From assembly GCA_013115145.1 (NCBI GenBank), contig JAAPAO010000029.1, forward strand, positions 1-64,000: a DNA stretch of 64,000 nucleotides, written 5' to 3'. The notes under the pieces are model-generated. The model searched no databases. It was not told the DNA's origin and worked only from the letters and a program-made list of their open reading frames with translations. The position numbers and the translations under genes were made by a program. The DNA comes from Perkinsus chesapeaki ATCC PRA-425 (lineage: Eukaryota; Protista; Perkinsozoa). Within the stretch, counting starts at the first letter, position 1. Each line of letters starts with the position of its first letter. Shown piece by piece: positions 25,539 through 36,813 of this stretch.

Positions 25539-26354
25539 AGATATGCTATATTAACGCAGTTTCGAGCAGCCTGCTCGCTATTTCCTTTTTTGTCGTACTT
25601 TTGAGTACAGAGCGAATAGGTCGAAGAAATAGTCATTATGTCCGCCACTCAGCAAAGTCTTATTTTATCTCCTCGATTCGAATATCGATTAGCAGCCAGT
25701 CTTGTCGTATGTAATACAAGAACGTCGCGTGTTAGCTAGTTGCGCAAAAAGCTTTCACAACCGTGTCTGGTTCCGCTGTTGTGTTGTCATTCGTGGTGAT
25801 CCTTCTTCATCCCTTCTCATCTTGGTCATACCGAATACGACGATCCTCTCGTTAATCAGAGCCTCGTATACAGCATTTACATACCTTGAAAGAAACGTCG
25901 CGACATTTCCGAAACGATCCAGTACAATATCCATGACAATCAGTAACGATGAGATTATACAGTGAGCCACTTTGCAACTAGCTCGTGCCCCTGACTTGAT
26001 AGCCCAAAGGTGTGGAAATAAATTTTCAGCGAACAAAAAAACGAAGGACATTTTACTCGCCAGTAGTCGGATGTACATCAATACCAAACAAAGCAGCTTT
26101 GCCGAAGCTGCTCACGGTTGCCGAGGGACTTAAATTGTACTGTCCAACAACCATAAACCCGAGCTGAGAACCTCTCACTTGGCGGGATTTGCCAGATGTA
26201 CGAACTTGTTTCAATTCAAAGTTGTGTCTTATTGCTTGGAATTGTTTATTGGAATTGCGCTCTTTTTTGTTTTGTGCAACCAATCGCATCGTTTCAACTC
26301 TTCATGATCGGTTTGGAAATAATTACAACACAACCCTCATCTCACAATCAGAAA

Positions 26355-28494
26355 CTATTTGGCGTCAATAACTTTGACAGCAGGCTTTGGCGCTAGCTCC
26401 GCTCCTTCACCGTCCCCTTTGATGCCCAACACAGGTTTGGTCTTGCCGAGTACCTATAGAATAACAATCTTGTCAAGCAACAAGATTACTGTTTACCATT
26501 CGAAGTCCACCCGCTCCCACAAGGTACATTATGTAGCCAGGAAGTGCGAGATAGAACAAGAATAGGAATGGGACAACCGGCAAGGATTTCTTCGTCAAAT
26601 CCGCGAGCTCATCGGGAGCCGATACCTGACGGCAAAAACAACTATATTTATACCGCTTTGAAATCAACAAATGAAATAAGACGATAATCGAGTAAACTAA
26701 ATATTAATTCCCGTTGATAACATCATCAAACATCACATCTACTCAGCTAGTCCCTACGGGTCCTCGACAGAATTGCAGAGAGTAGCAAACATCGAATCGT
26801 TCCAGTGAAATTCGCAAATACTTCATATCATACTGCCCTTTGCTGTACGTTCCTACAGGAAAAAATTTTCAGTTCAGAAGGGAAGCTTCGGATTCAATTA
26901 TGGATTCCGGGAGACGATCTCACCGCTTACATCTTCCGAGGGGTTGTTCAGCTTTTTCTGTAGGAGATTCGCGAGTCCAGGAACATGCATGGCGCTACAC
27001 ACAACAACTATGGTCTCGCCAGGCTGCGAATTCCACATGATCTGGTGCGCCATGTATTGGTTGCGCTCCTCGATGAGAACCTACACCAGAGATTCATCAA
27101 CATGCTTTTGGTTTGACTTGCTTACTTTGTGTATTCCGGGACAGTATTGCTTCAAGAAGGCATCCAGCTCTCTGATATCTTCCCCATTTGGTTGGTCTTT
27201 CCGAAATACCAGAGACCGGTTACCGTACTTCAGGAAGTTACCGAATGTCACAGGATTCAACAGCTTCTGTGCGACTCTGTTCTTCGTTATGGTAAACCTG
27301 AGAGATTGAGCTGCTACAGAGGAACACGCGGATGATGTACGGTCGATCAACAAGATAAATTGCGGCATTTATTTGTTTGGCAGCTTCAATGGAAGCTTTT
27401 AGCTCCCTCAGCATCAGCCCACCGTGTACCTGACTTACAGCGTGCAGATCTAAGATTTAATCTTGAGTATTGAACAATGCTAACAAACGAGTTGTGATAT
27501 GATTATTATTTCCTCTATTAATGGATATAAATAATATATAATTATACTAATATAATTGATACGGTTGGTAATATACCATATGACACGAGAAAAAACACAA
27601 AGAGTGTATATTATCACTCACATGTGTGCAGTAATAATCAAGTTAGTGTATAATATTACAATAATAAAGGATACTAACTCACTAATAAGTAATATGTAGA
27701 TAAGATAATAAAGGATAACTATGTAGATTCATTTACAATAATAATGCAATCACGACTGACCAAGACGATTGAAGACAGCATGGTGACATCTAACAAATGC
27801 GCCCTAAGTACCATCCCAGTTCTCGAATGCTTCCCTCACCGTGCTGACAATATCCACTCTATTGGGCTGCTGAAGGTGCATTCCCGTGCTAATATGTTCC
27901 AATGCATTTTTATACCGTGCTTGATCCATTTCCAACATAACTTGCCGGGGCTGTAAGGTACGTATCTGATTACGCGATGAGTACTTGTACGTTTTGACGC
28001 GCGTCTAATAAATAGAGGGACTCTCCGATCCTAATAACATAATATATTTCGCCGCTCGTGGTGACTACACTGAATGACGCGATATCTACTTTATAATATT
28101 TGCATTCAGATTTTCCAATTGTCCGGATAGATGATCGATATGTGTTATTCGTCATACTATTATCGACTTTGCTGCCAATTATAATTACACTTCTGAGCTC
28201 GATGTATATCAACATACAATATCAGTGACTAATCCACCATGCATTATCTACGTAGCTCTATGTAGTATTCTGCAGCAGACGCTCCTTTCCCCTTACCGCC
28301 TCGGCAGCTGCTTGAGCTGAGGAGTTGCCGAGTAATCGATCTTGCATGAGCCCAACTAAGTGGAACGTTCGCGGGGGGACGTTTGGTCGTGGGGGCTCCT
28401 TAACAGTGTGGAGATACGCTGAAGGAAGAGAAGGCGATAAGAGCGTGAAGTAGAAATTGTACTCGACCACCGTACTTGAGAAATTACGTCTCAT
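26355..28494 (-). CDS. TRABD: TraB/PrgY-domain protein (TRABD-like), multi-exon, C-terminal TM segment
   Basis: FHLVGL, QPRQVMLEMDQARY, FLKQYCPGIHK|VLIEERNQYMAHQI..IVVVCSAMHVPGL, PFLFLFYLALPGYIMYLVG; stop TAG 26357-26355; start codon uncertain. Confidence 0.72.
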
Positions 28495-28885
28495 TCGGCA
28501 AAATGTCTCGAATGTTCGGATTCGTTTTTGACAATAACTTATTGCGTCAATGTCTTGCTGGACTGATACTATTGAACGATCATTAATCTTTGTAAGTATA
28601 TGAACTATGTCGAGTTGGATCGGATGAAGCACAGAGAATAGTACGTCCTTCGGATGGATGATTACAAACAAGCTGGATTGGATCATGATAATTGAGGCAA
28701 TTATTAACCATATTAAATATGTATTTTACCTTCTCTAACATACGTTGACATCAGCCGTGTTGCTCCCAGTCGGATGGGATGTCGTAATCCACCCAACCCG
28801 ACACTCGCTGAGATGGCTGCCATTCACAAATGTCTACTAGATATCCGTCAGCAGTGATGATGATTCTGCGGTTCACAACATCACG

Positions 28886-28967
28886 GACAGCGTGTCCGAG
28901 TGGTTAAGGAGGTGGACTTGAAATCCACTGGGCTCCGCCCGCGCAGGTTCGAATCCTGCCGCTGTCG
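28886..28967 (+). tRNA. trnS-UGA: tRNA-Ser(UGA)
   Basis: 82-nt cloverleaf: acceptor GACAGCG/CGCTGTC, D-loop AGTGG, anticodon stem GTGGA/TCCAC with loop CTTGAAA, long variable arm, GCAGG-TTCGAAT-CCTGC, discriminator G. Confidence 0.97.
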
Positions 28968-28997
28968 TACACCATCATCAACGCAACTATTTATTTT

Positions 28998-31200
28998 TCA
29001 CAATCCCAAATCTTTTGCAAAGTCCTCCGCCAAACCATCGTCCCCTTCCTCCTTCATAGTAAAGTATCCTCCTTCTAACGAGCTCTGCACATTACGAGCC
29101 AACTCCTCCAGCCGTAGCCGTCGGCGTTTACCTACCAAACGACTAACAGTCAGGGACACTCTTAGAGTCAAAGTTCATGTAAACATAATCCAACGACGTA
29201 AGTAGCGGAACGTAGTAGCATACCACGGTTGTAGATGTCTCGAATGTAGTAAGATATAAAACCCATAGGCTAATTCAGCCTCACGGAAAGCTGTTATTTC
29301 AAATGGCGACATACCGGTGATAGAAAGAAACTATGTCCCTAACGAAAGAAGGCTCACGAGGCGTGTTGCTCCAAGTATGCACATTCAAGGTCCCTCTATA
29401 ACCTCCAGGCGTACAACCACCATTCTGATAGCTCTCCTTTCAACAATAATTACGTCTTCCGATACCGTCCACATTTCAACCCGCTCTGCGATTGCATTCC
29501 AACCAGTCTTACCAGAAACAAAGGTTCCTTTACGTACAGGTTCCCTTCCATCTCCAGTAGCATTATCCCGACCACCTGCCCCCTCCGCGGGCCTCTTGAC
29601 CACTGCCTTGCGTCGCTCAGGAGCCGCCTGCAATCAATTCGTAAAATACTCCTTACCATTAACTCTTTACCAGTCTCCCTCCAATAGTAGTCGTATCGAC
29701 TTCCTTTGGAAACGGCAGCATTCCTGTAGCGGGTAAGGAGGCTGCTGGGATGGGACGAGAGTTCGTGAGATTTATCTGAAAAACATTTCCGAGTGTAGGA
29801 TTTTCAGTGTGGCGCAAAATAAAGGTAGTAATTTCTCGCTGATGAATATGCGTCTTTCCTGATACATATTTGTTTCCGTACTATCCCGTATCGTTAGCCT
29901 CGATATAGCTGCCGGAGTTTTCCCAAATTCTTCCAGCCCCCTTCCACAAACGGTCTCATAGGGCACCATCTCGCCTACGTAAGCTTTCGACTAAGTTTCA
30001 CAGAATTTAATTTCTCCACGCCCTTTGCATAAGGAAAGTTCAGTGCATCTCTGAGGAAAGGCAACACTCGAGACCAAAGCCGCCTTACTTCGTGGGCCGA
30101 GATAATGGCCACACCGCCGCCGGCCATCAACTGGTTAATCAGCGCTGCCAGCTCTCCACCTGAGTAGATATCGAATAGGTGATTGAAGCTGAGGGAGGTG
30201 TCATCTCCCACGGCATTGAAATGAGCTAGCTCGCAATAGTTCGAATCGGTACGTGATGAAATGTGGGAGATGGCCATCAGTAGGTGGAAAAATTGATATA
30301 AAAATACACTTGCGAGATCGGAGTGTGAATTAAGTCAACATTGTTACATACACTTTAGATTGGTATTTACCATTCACATCAACGGTCATGAGTATGATAT
30401 TATACGCTATTCTCCTGCAGTGCTCTTGTTTGCACTATGGTCACACTACCCTTCGTAGCCCTCCCTATTTCGTGGATATGCCCTCCCTAGTAGTACCAGT
30501 TCTGCCTTCCAATTTCCTTGTTACTGCCTCCACGCCATCCTGTGCTATTTCCTGCAATTCTCGCCATCGCTCCTCTGACAGGTCGCCAGTATTCAGCCCC
30601 AACTCTATACGAAGTGACCTTATAAACTCTTCACCATAAATACCCATTACGGGCTGATAAACTAACAATGATAACAACTTCGTCTAGTTTCGGGCTCTAT
30701 GGAAAGAGCCATAGGACAATTCAAAGGAGTTTCGCCCGCGTTATGAATACCCTATCGTGATACACTTAACGCCTCCCAAGCAAGGTAAAACTCCGGTGTC
30801 CTCGGGAAAGCGCAGTTGGTCTGTCCTCTTCTACTAAGAACACACTCCTCAGAAATAAATTTAGATCAAATTTCGAGCGAGCGGCCACGAAACTACGAGT
30901 AATACTAACAGTACTGATTACGCCACTACGGGGGAGGAATAAAACCAACGGCATTATTACGAAGGGTTCACGCATCTGCGGTAACTATATAAAATATATT
31001 CCCAAATGATGTGTCCCACTGCCGTCCACTGTTAAAGGGGTTATAAATACTGCATAACACAATACCAGAGCTAACACTATTGAGAGATACAAACTTCCGA
31101 CACAACACAATGCTGAAGGAACTCAATCAGACCAATCATCAACCTCATCATCTATAGGGGGAGGAGGAGCATCCGCATTATTATCGGTAAGAGAGGGACT
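28998..31200 (-). CDS. Hypothetical multi-exon protein ending 30 bp from the tRNA (convergent); start uncertain
   Basis: Open exon-like frames: FIRSLRIELGLNTGDLSEERWRELQEI, FDIYSGGELAALINQLMAGGG..FLRDALNF, GWNAIAERVEMWTVSED, final LRLEELARNVQSSLEGG..AKDLGL*. Confidence 0.5.
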
Positions 31201-31778
31201 TTTCCAGCATGTTCGGGCGTATCTAAGGTTGAAGTAAGGATCTAGTATATTCCATAGTAGATGTAATAAGTACAGGGAATAGCACATCACAACTATCCAC
31301 CGATGACAGTGAATTTCTAAAATCGATTATCCTCCAAAGGGTGATGCTTGGTTTTGTAGCAACGATAATAATTATAACTTCAACAACGCAGCGAGGATTT
31401 AATGACGTACTAGTGATGGAGGATAATAACAGCCGCAGGACGACTACTAGTGATTCACTAGTTAATAATAAAACACCAGAGGATTGATTACTAAATATAC
31501 ACTATCGTTTAGACACCTCCTCATGCGGTCCACTGTATGTTACTGTAGGTAAATTGTAATCATAGTAATGAGCATTATTCAACCCCCAGATACCATCAAT
31601 GACATGAGTCAGCCTATACTGTAAACTACGGTGTCCCTTGACTGGAGAAAAAATACCGACGACGTGTGGAAATTCGAAAGGACTTTTATAGGACAGCTCT
31701 TCAAAGATTATTTTCCAATTCACAAAAGCAATTTTCACACACAACATTCACAGCTTTTCATACCACATTTCCCCCATA

Positions 31779-33164
31779 TCACCTATTAACAGTGCCCTCC
31801 GCTCCACACGATAATATTGTCCCCAATCGGCTGCTCCATGCTAGACCGCTCATAACGTATATATGTCCTTGGACCCTACACCGCCGATCCATACCGTCTT
31901 CGCTCCAGATACTCATACCATCTCTATTGGCAATCGCAATGCTATTCAAACCATCCAACACACAGGCCACAGAATGCCCGACATGAGGGAATCTCGTAAA
32001 GGAGAGTTTGCTACCGTCCGTTGCATTATACCGATGAATTCCCAAGTCCGCCATCACATACACAACACCACTGTCCCAGCTCACAGGTGGTAAGATATCA
32101 TGAACCCTCCCCAACTGGGAGCTCTTGCCATGCCTCCGCTTGACACTGGTTTGCAGGCCTCCACCGATAAGTGTCCGGCCCGGCGAGAATGTGATGGGCC
32201 TATATTTACCCGACATGAGTTTAACCCCCAAGCTTACAGGCGAGTAAAACCTGAGTGGTCGAGCCGGCTCATTAACTCGACCTTCCGCTCTCAAATTTCG
32301 CCCGATCCGTTTCTTCGGCCGCTTCCCATCTGATTGCCCACTGGACACTACCTGGGGTCTGGTCCGTCCCTGCCGTTCGTGATTGATAACATAACGCCAG
32401 ACTGCTTCCTCATGTTGATCAACAGATGGCCTCTTAGTTCCCCTAGGGCCTTTTACGCCTCCACCAGCCAGCGGCGTCATTCCGCTCATCGGTTGACTGC
32501 GGCCGAATTCCAGCAAGGGAGTCTTGTGGACCAGTCGTATGTCCCACAGCAGAACTTCGCCTCTTCGACTGCCGCCAACGATATGATATTCATCGATGAA
32601 CTGCAGTCCAGTACAGCTGCCTTCCATTCCCAGGAACGGCTCTCCAACGGAACTACGTCGACGAATGTCGAAGATCTCCAACCCGCCTTGCTCAAGGCCC
32701 GCGGCAACCAGAGGACTGGAAAATGCAGGGCAAACAGCGAAGGCTGAAGTTTCGGAAACTGTCTGGAAGCGTTTGACTTTGCGAGCCTGCTCTGTGGTGC
32801 AATCGTAGACCTCAACAGACCTGTCCCGGGCACCGCAAGCGACATGACTCGCCAAGAATTTGATGCATGCAAAGCCCATAAAATTTCGGCGTAGTGATGA
32901 CGTGTCCTCGCGCAACCTGACCGGCTCTTCGGGCAGGTCCTCGTGGAGTCGGTGCAGAAAAACAGCGCCTCTTCGACAGGCTACAGCCAGGAGATCCTGC
33001 GTGAAGGGATTAACAGCTATGGCAGATATGGCATCATTAGTGACTAGAAGCTCCTGCTCTGGACGATGACCGCTGGTTAAAGCATTTAGGAGATTATTAC
33101 GGTATGAGACGGGGAAGGCAGTTGATAGGCCTACTTGACGGGCCTTGTGGTAGTGATAGGCCAT
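31779..33164 (-). CDS. WD40-repeat protein, ERCC8/CSA (Rad28)-like; essentially one exon
   Basis: 461-aa ORF; AISAIAVNPFTQDLLAVA, SVEVYD, LEIFDIR, HIVGGSRRGEVLLWDIR, QGHIYVMSGLAWS..LSCGAEG; layout resembles CSA. Confidence 0.6.
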   Translation of the reverse strand: MAYHYHKARQVGLSTAFPVSYRNNLLNALTSGHRPEQELLVTNDAISAIAVNPFTQDLLAVACRRGAVFLHRLHEDLPEEPVRLREDTSSLRRNFMGFACIKFLASHVACGARDRSVEVYDCTTEQARKVKRFQTVSETSAFAVCPAFSSPLVAAGLEQGGLEIFDIRRRSSVGEPFLGMEGSCTGLQFIDEYHIVGGSRRGEVLLWDIRLVHKTPLLEFGRSQPMSGMTPLAGGGVKGPRGTKRPSVDQHEEAVWRYVINHERQGRTRPQVVSSGQSDGKRPKKRIGRNLRAEGRVNEPARPLRFYSPVSLGVKLMSGKYRPITFSPGRTLIGGGLQTSVKRRHGKSSQLGRVHDILPPVSWDSGVVYVMADLGIHRYNATDGSKLSFTRFPHVGHSVACVLDGLNSIAIANRDGMSIWSEDGMDRRCRVQGHIYVMSGLAWSSRLGTILSCGAEGTVNR

Positions 33165-33351
33165 CGAATAACATTGTAAACTGCATGAGAATTGGACTAA
33201 GCACGGATGTTGTCTTCAAAGCAAATTGCTCGAAGGCACTCTATTATATAATATACGTATATGTTCAAGTTAAATGGGCAATGAACACTATTTCTAATAT
33301 GTCGACACACCACTTCATATGGTAGAGATATTACTCGATAAAACGTATATT

Positions 33352-33375
33352 CGTAACGATTCGCGAATCGTTACG
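33352..33375. promoter_or_regulatory. Perfect 24-bp palindrome ~190 bp upstream of the WD40 gene
   Basis: cgtaacgattcg|cgaatcgttacg (sequence certain; regulatory role is inference). Confidence 0.4.
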
Positions 33376-34962
33376 TTGCCTGACTACACTAGTGAATTAT
33401 ACCATGTTAACTGACGCATCGCATCCACTGCATATATCTAGAAATGCTATTTAGAATATCATTTTGAAACTCTCACCTTACGTACGAGTAGTACGTGAAT
33501 ACGAGTCCGCAGCGGAACTTCCGCTGCATCACCCACATTAGAATTCACCAATGCCAGGGGTTGGCAACCCCGGCTTGGTAGAGCAGACTTGTATGTATCA
33601 CACCTACGGGTTAACGGTGGGAGTGCTGGCTACACTCCCTCGCTGTTTGATCTCGTAATGCTTGCCTCACTGCCGTGAGTCACCGCTGAACAATCTTGTC
33701 AATGCCTAATGAAGTCGAAGTTTGGTCAAAACCTGACCGTCAGGTCGACGACGTCGATTCCGAATGCAGCCGGTCTGGCAACCAAGTTGACAGCGCCAAA
33801 CCTGTCCCGAGCTTCCAGAGTATTTTCACGAGCAGTGGTTACACGATGAGGTCTACTGATATCCAGACATTCATTTGTCTATGTAAGGCCTAGCATTTAA
33901 CCAAGCAATATTACCTGCGTTTGCCACACTCTCTAGATTACTTGAACGCATAGAGGAGGGTCATCAATTGATGGCATAAATTTGATGCTAAACAAGCTAA
34001 GCGCAATAGCCAAGACTCAACTGAGTAACTCAGTCTGAGTTGAGTCGACTTTACCACACGCGATCGGCGTTCCCAATCCCTATACCTGGCAATGCCAGGC
34101 CGTCATCCACGAAGGCATCGAAGGACGCTGTCGTCGACGTTCCACATCCACGTGGGTTCTACGGAAGACAGTCCTCTAAGGACTGAGTCCAGCGCCTAGC
34201 ACCGTGGTAGCAGCACGTCCAAGACATCCAGGTGAATGATCGCAGTCCCATCCCAACTGTAGAGTCTACCGTCGGTAGATTACCGAGTAGACGCTCTCTG
34301 TTTCAAAATCGTGCTACGATTTTCGATTCTCGTAGCACTGGGGATAAGGTAAACATGTCCGGCTTAGGAAGAACCCAATGTGCCGATTTTCGCCGAGGAA
34401 TTCACTAGCAGGGAAACTAGCGGAGCCCATTCGAGGCGGTGAAACCAATTTTGACCCGGGAACTTTCTAAAAAGTTGATAATATCCACTGAGCACACCCC
34501 GCAACGAGGGCGCTTCGACTCGCAGGCAGAATCGTAGGCTTATTGATAGCCTATGAGGTATAGAGATGGAAGTTGAACTTCTGAAGCCCTGAACTAAAAG
34601 TTGCCAAACTATTGCTGATCCGAGCCCTTCCTCTACGTTTCTGACTGGTCCATCAGGATCAGTGATCCACCTAAAGTGGACGCAACCATTGCATCAAGTC
34701 GAGGCACAACACCAGAGCAATTATGAAGGTGTCACTCAATAGCGCATTCGCAGAATATTAAATCATTTCACTCGGAACCTCGTACTAGACGAAATCTGTT
34801 GCTAACTCGCACTGGCGACACCGAAACGCAAGACATTGAGAATGAACAACCCATAATAGAACATCATGTGGGGTAACTTCATCGTGACGGTTCAAGTCGA
34901 ATGGCGAGAAGCATACAAGGGAATCGTATGGACGGGACGAATATAGTAAATGAGCCCTCACT

Positions 34963-35924
34963 CTATTCTGCATGACTACTCGAAATAGTAGGATATTTAT
35001 AAAGATATATAAGAAAGTCAGGGTGACCTAAAACAAAAGGACTCCTCGTCATGTGCACGCTGCCTACGTCAAAGCCTACCAGAAGTCGAGTTGCCTGGTA
35101 TCGCAGTGAAGTTATTCTTCTCATAAAGTTTGATAGCACGTTTGTTACTATCCTGCACTTGCAAATACACTGCTATCGTTTTCGGCCATTTCTCGCGTAT
35201 CTTGTTAACATAGCGGAATTACTGAATGCTGATGATAGTGTACATGTTGTAATGCTAAGGGTAACATTTTAGACCCTACTCCTTTACCCTGCCAACCCTC
35301 CTTCACATCCACCCACGAGATGTATGCAACATCATCAGTCTCCCTTTTTTCAGGTCTAAAAAACAATTTCGCAAAATCTGTCCGTGAATTTCCTCGCAAA
35401 TTTGCCGTAGAAAATGCAGGATATTCGCCGACATATATCAGCGATCATTTGCAAATATGAAACAAATGCAAGTTGCATGTGGCAAGCTGTATATATTCCA
35501 GCCCTGGAACATAACCTTCTAGCGACATAACCTTCTGACATCATTACAGGTTATCTAAAACAGCCTGAGGTGCAGGTTCATCCCGTGTCGACTCCACTAT
35601 CGCTTTTACATTCTAAAATGAATCACTGGCAGATCTCGTTGTGATTAATTCACCTACGTCCCAATTTCCGCCTCCATTAAACACACCGCCGAAAAAACGT
35701 TGTGAATCTTTAAGGGTTGAAGGCCAGCCTATTTCCGCAGCGCTGAGGGGTCTGTATTCGAGATACTCGGCTTTTGGGCCGGTGATAGATACAAGGAATG
35801 GCAGCAAACGTTTCCTTAGTCGGGCACGGAAGCGCGATGACCTGGAAGGTGTGGATGTTGATTTTACCGATGATTGGTAAGTGAAGTTTATAAGGCAGAT
35901 AATGAAGAGGAAGGGTACCCTCAT
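34963..35924 (-). CDS. GNAT-family acetyltransferase with N-terminal signal peptide, ~5 exons
   Basis: MRVPFLFIICLINFTYQSS leader; YISWVDVKEGWQGKGVGSKML (acetyl-CoA motif A); IAVYLQVQDSNKRAIKLYEKNNF (motif B); last exon ends HAE*. Confidence 0.78.
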
Positions 35925-36813
35925 TAATGATAGGTATGACAACTGGTATGATACATTCGATAGCACCCTAGTAAATGAGGGCTGCTCACAATAGCCCTCA
36001 CTACCTTGTGAAATGAACGATACTTGCAACGGCGTAGCGTGCGCACGCCCAGTTGATAGATTTCCTACTACCTCTGGAAAAACCGTCCACCGAATTCCTG
36101 TTTTGGTAATCGGGTCGATTCGAGCGTTATTATACTATGCAGTGCCTAGGGGGCCTCCATGTCTTTAGTAGGCAACGCTGAGTGATGTGGGTCTCCACTG
36201 TTATTACCATTTCTACAATATCCGTTCCCTGCCGTACAGTGGGTCCATGGACGAAGGCTAACGAGTTAAATTTGACAATTGCAAATTGATAAATGCAAAA
36301 TACAAATGCTGTGACTTGTGCAATTGTCCCCACCGTATTATGCGTTGATAACGGCTATCGGATAAGGTCAATAATGGAAGAACATCAATATAACTGCTCA
36401 ATGAGAGTGGGGCTTGCTGACAGCAAGTTTAGAACAAAGTAGACGAACTTCGGCCGCCGACTTCCAGAATGTCCAGCTGTACCTCGTCTAGCTTCATACT
36501 AGTTCTCTCGGGACCAGACTACGCAAATGAATCCCGCCATCGTTAACCACTGTGTTCGATGCGATAAGCGGACACCTCAAACGCATGCCCTGCTTATTAT
36601 AAGTATTGCTACAGCAAACACTATTCTCATTTCTAGACTGTTGCCTACGAGGAATATTACTGGAATTAAAACATCCATTATTAACTGAAACTGGCCCAGT
36701 CAATTATTAAGAAACATTTCTCCTGTACATCAGTAATACATTTAACCATTCACCGAGAAGTTCCTTACGAAAACTAACGTTCATCCATCACTCTCTTTAA
36801 AGTGTCATTCTTA

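Noticed and set aside
25702-26289. Short ORFs between the protease and TraB genes
   Set aside because: No consistent exon chain or motif; possibly UTR or a small unresolved gene
27081-27368. Apparent in-frame TAG in the TraB gene (possible readthrough or recoding)
   Set aside because: Explained by a ~45-bp GT-AG intron (gtaagc...gtgtag) that restores GIHK|VLIEERNQYM
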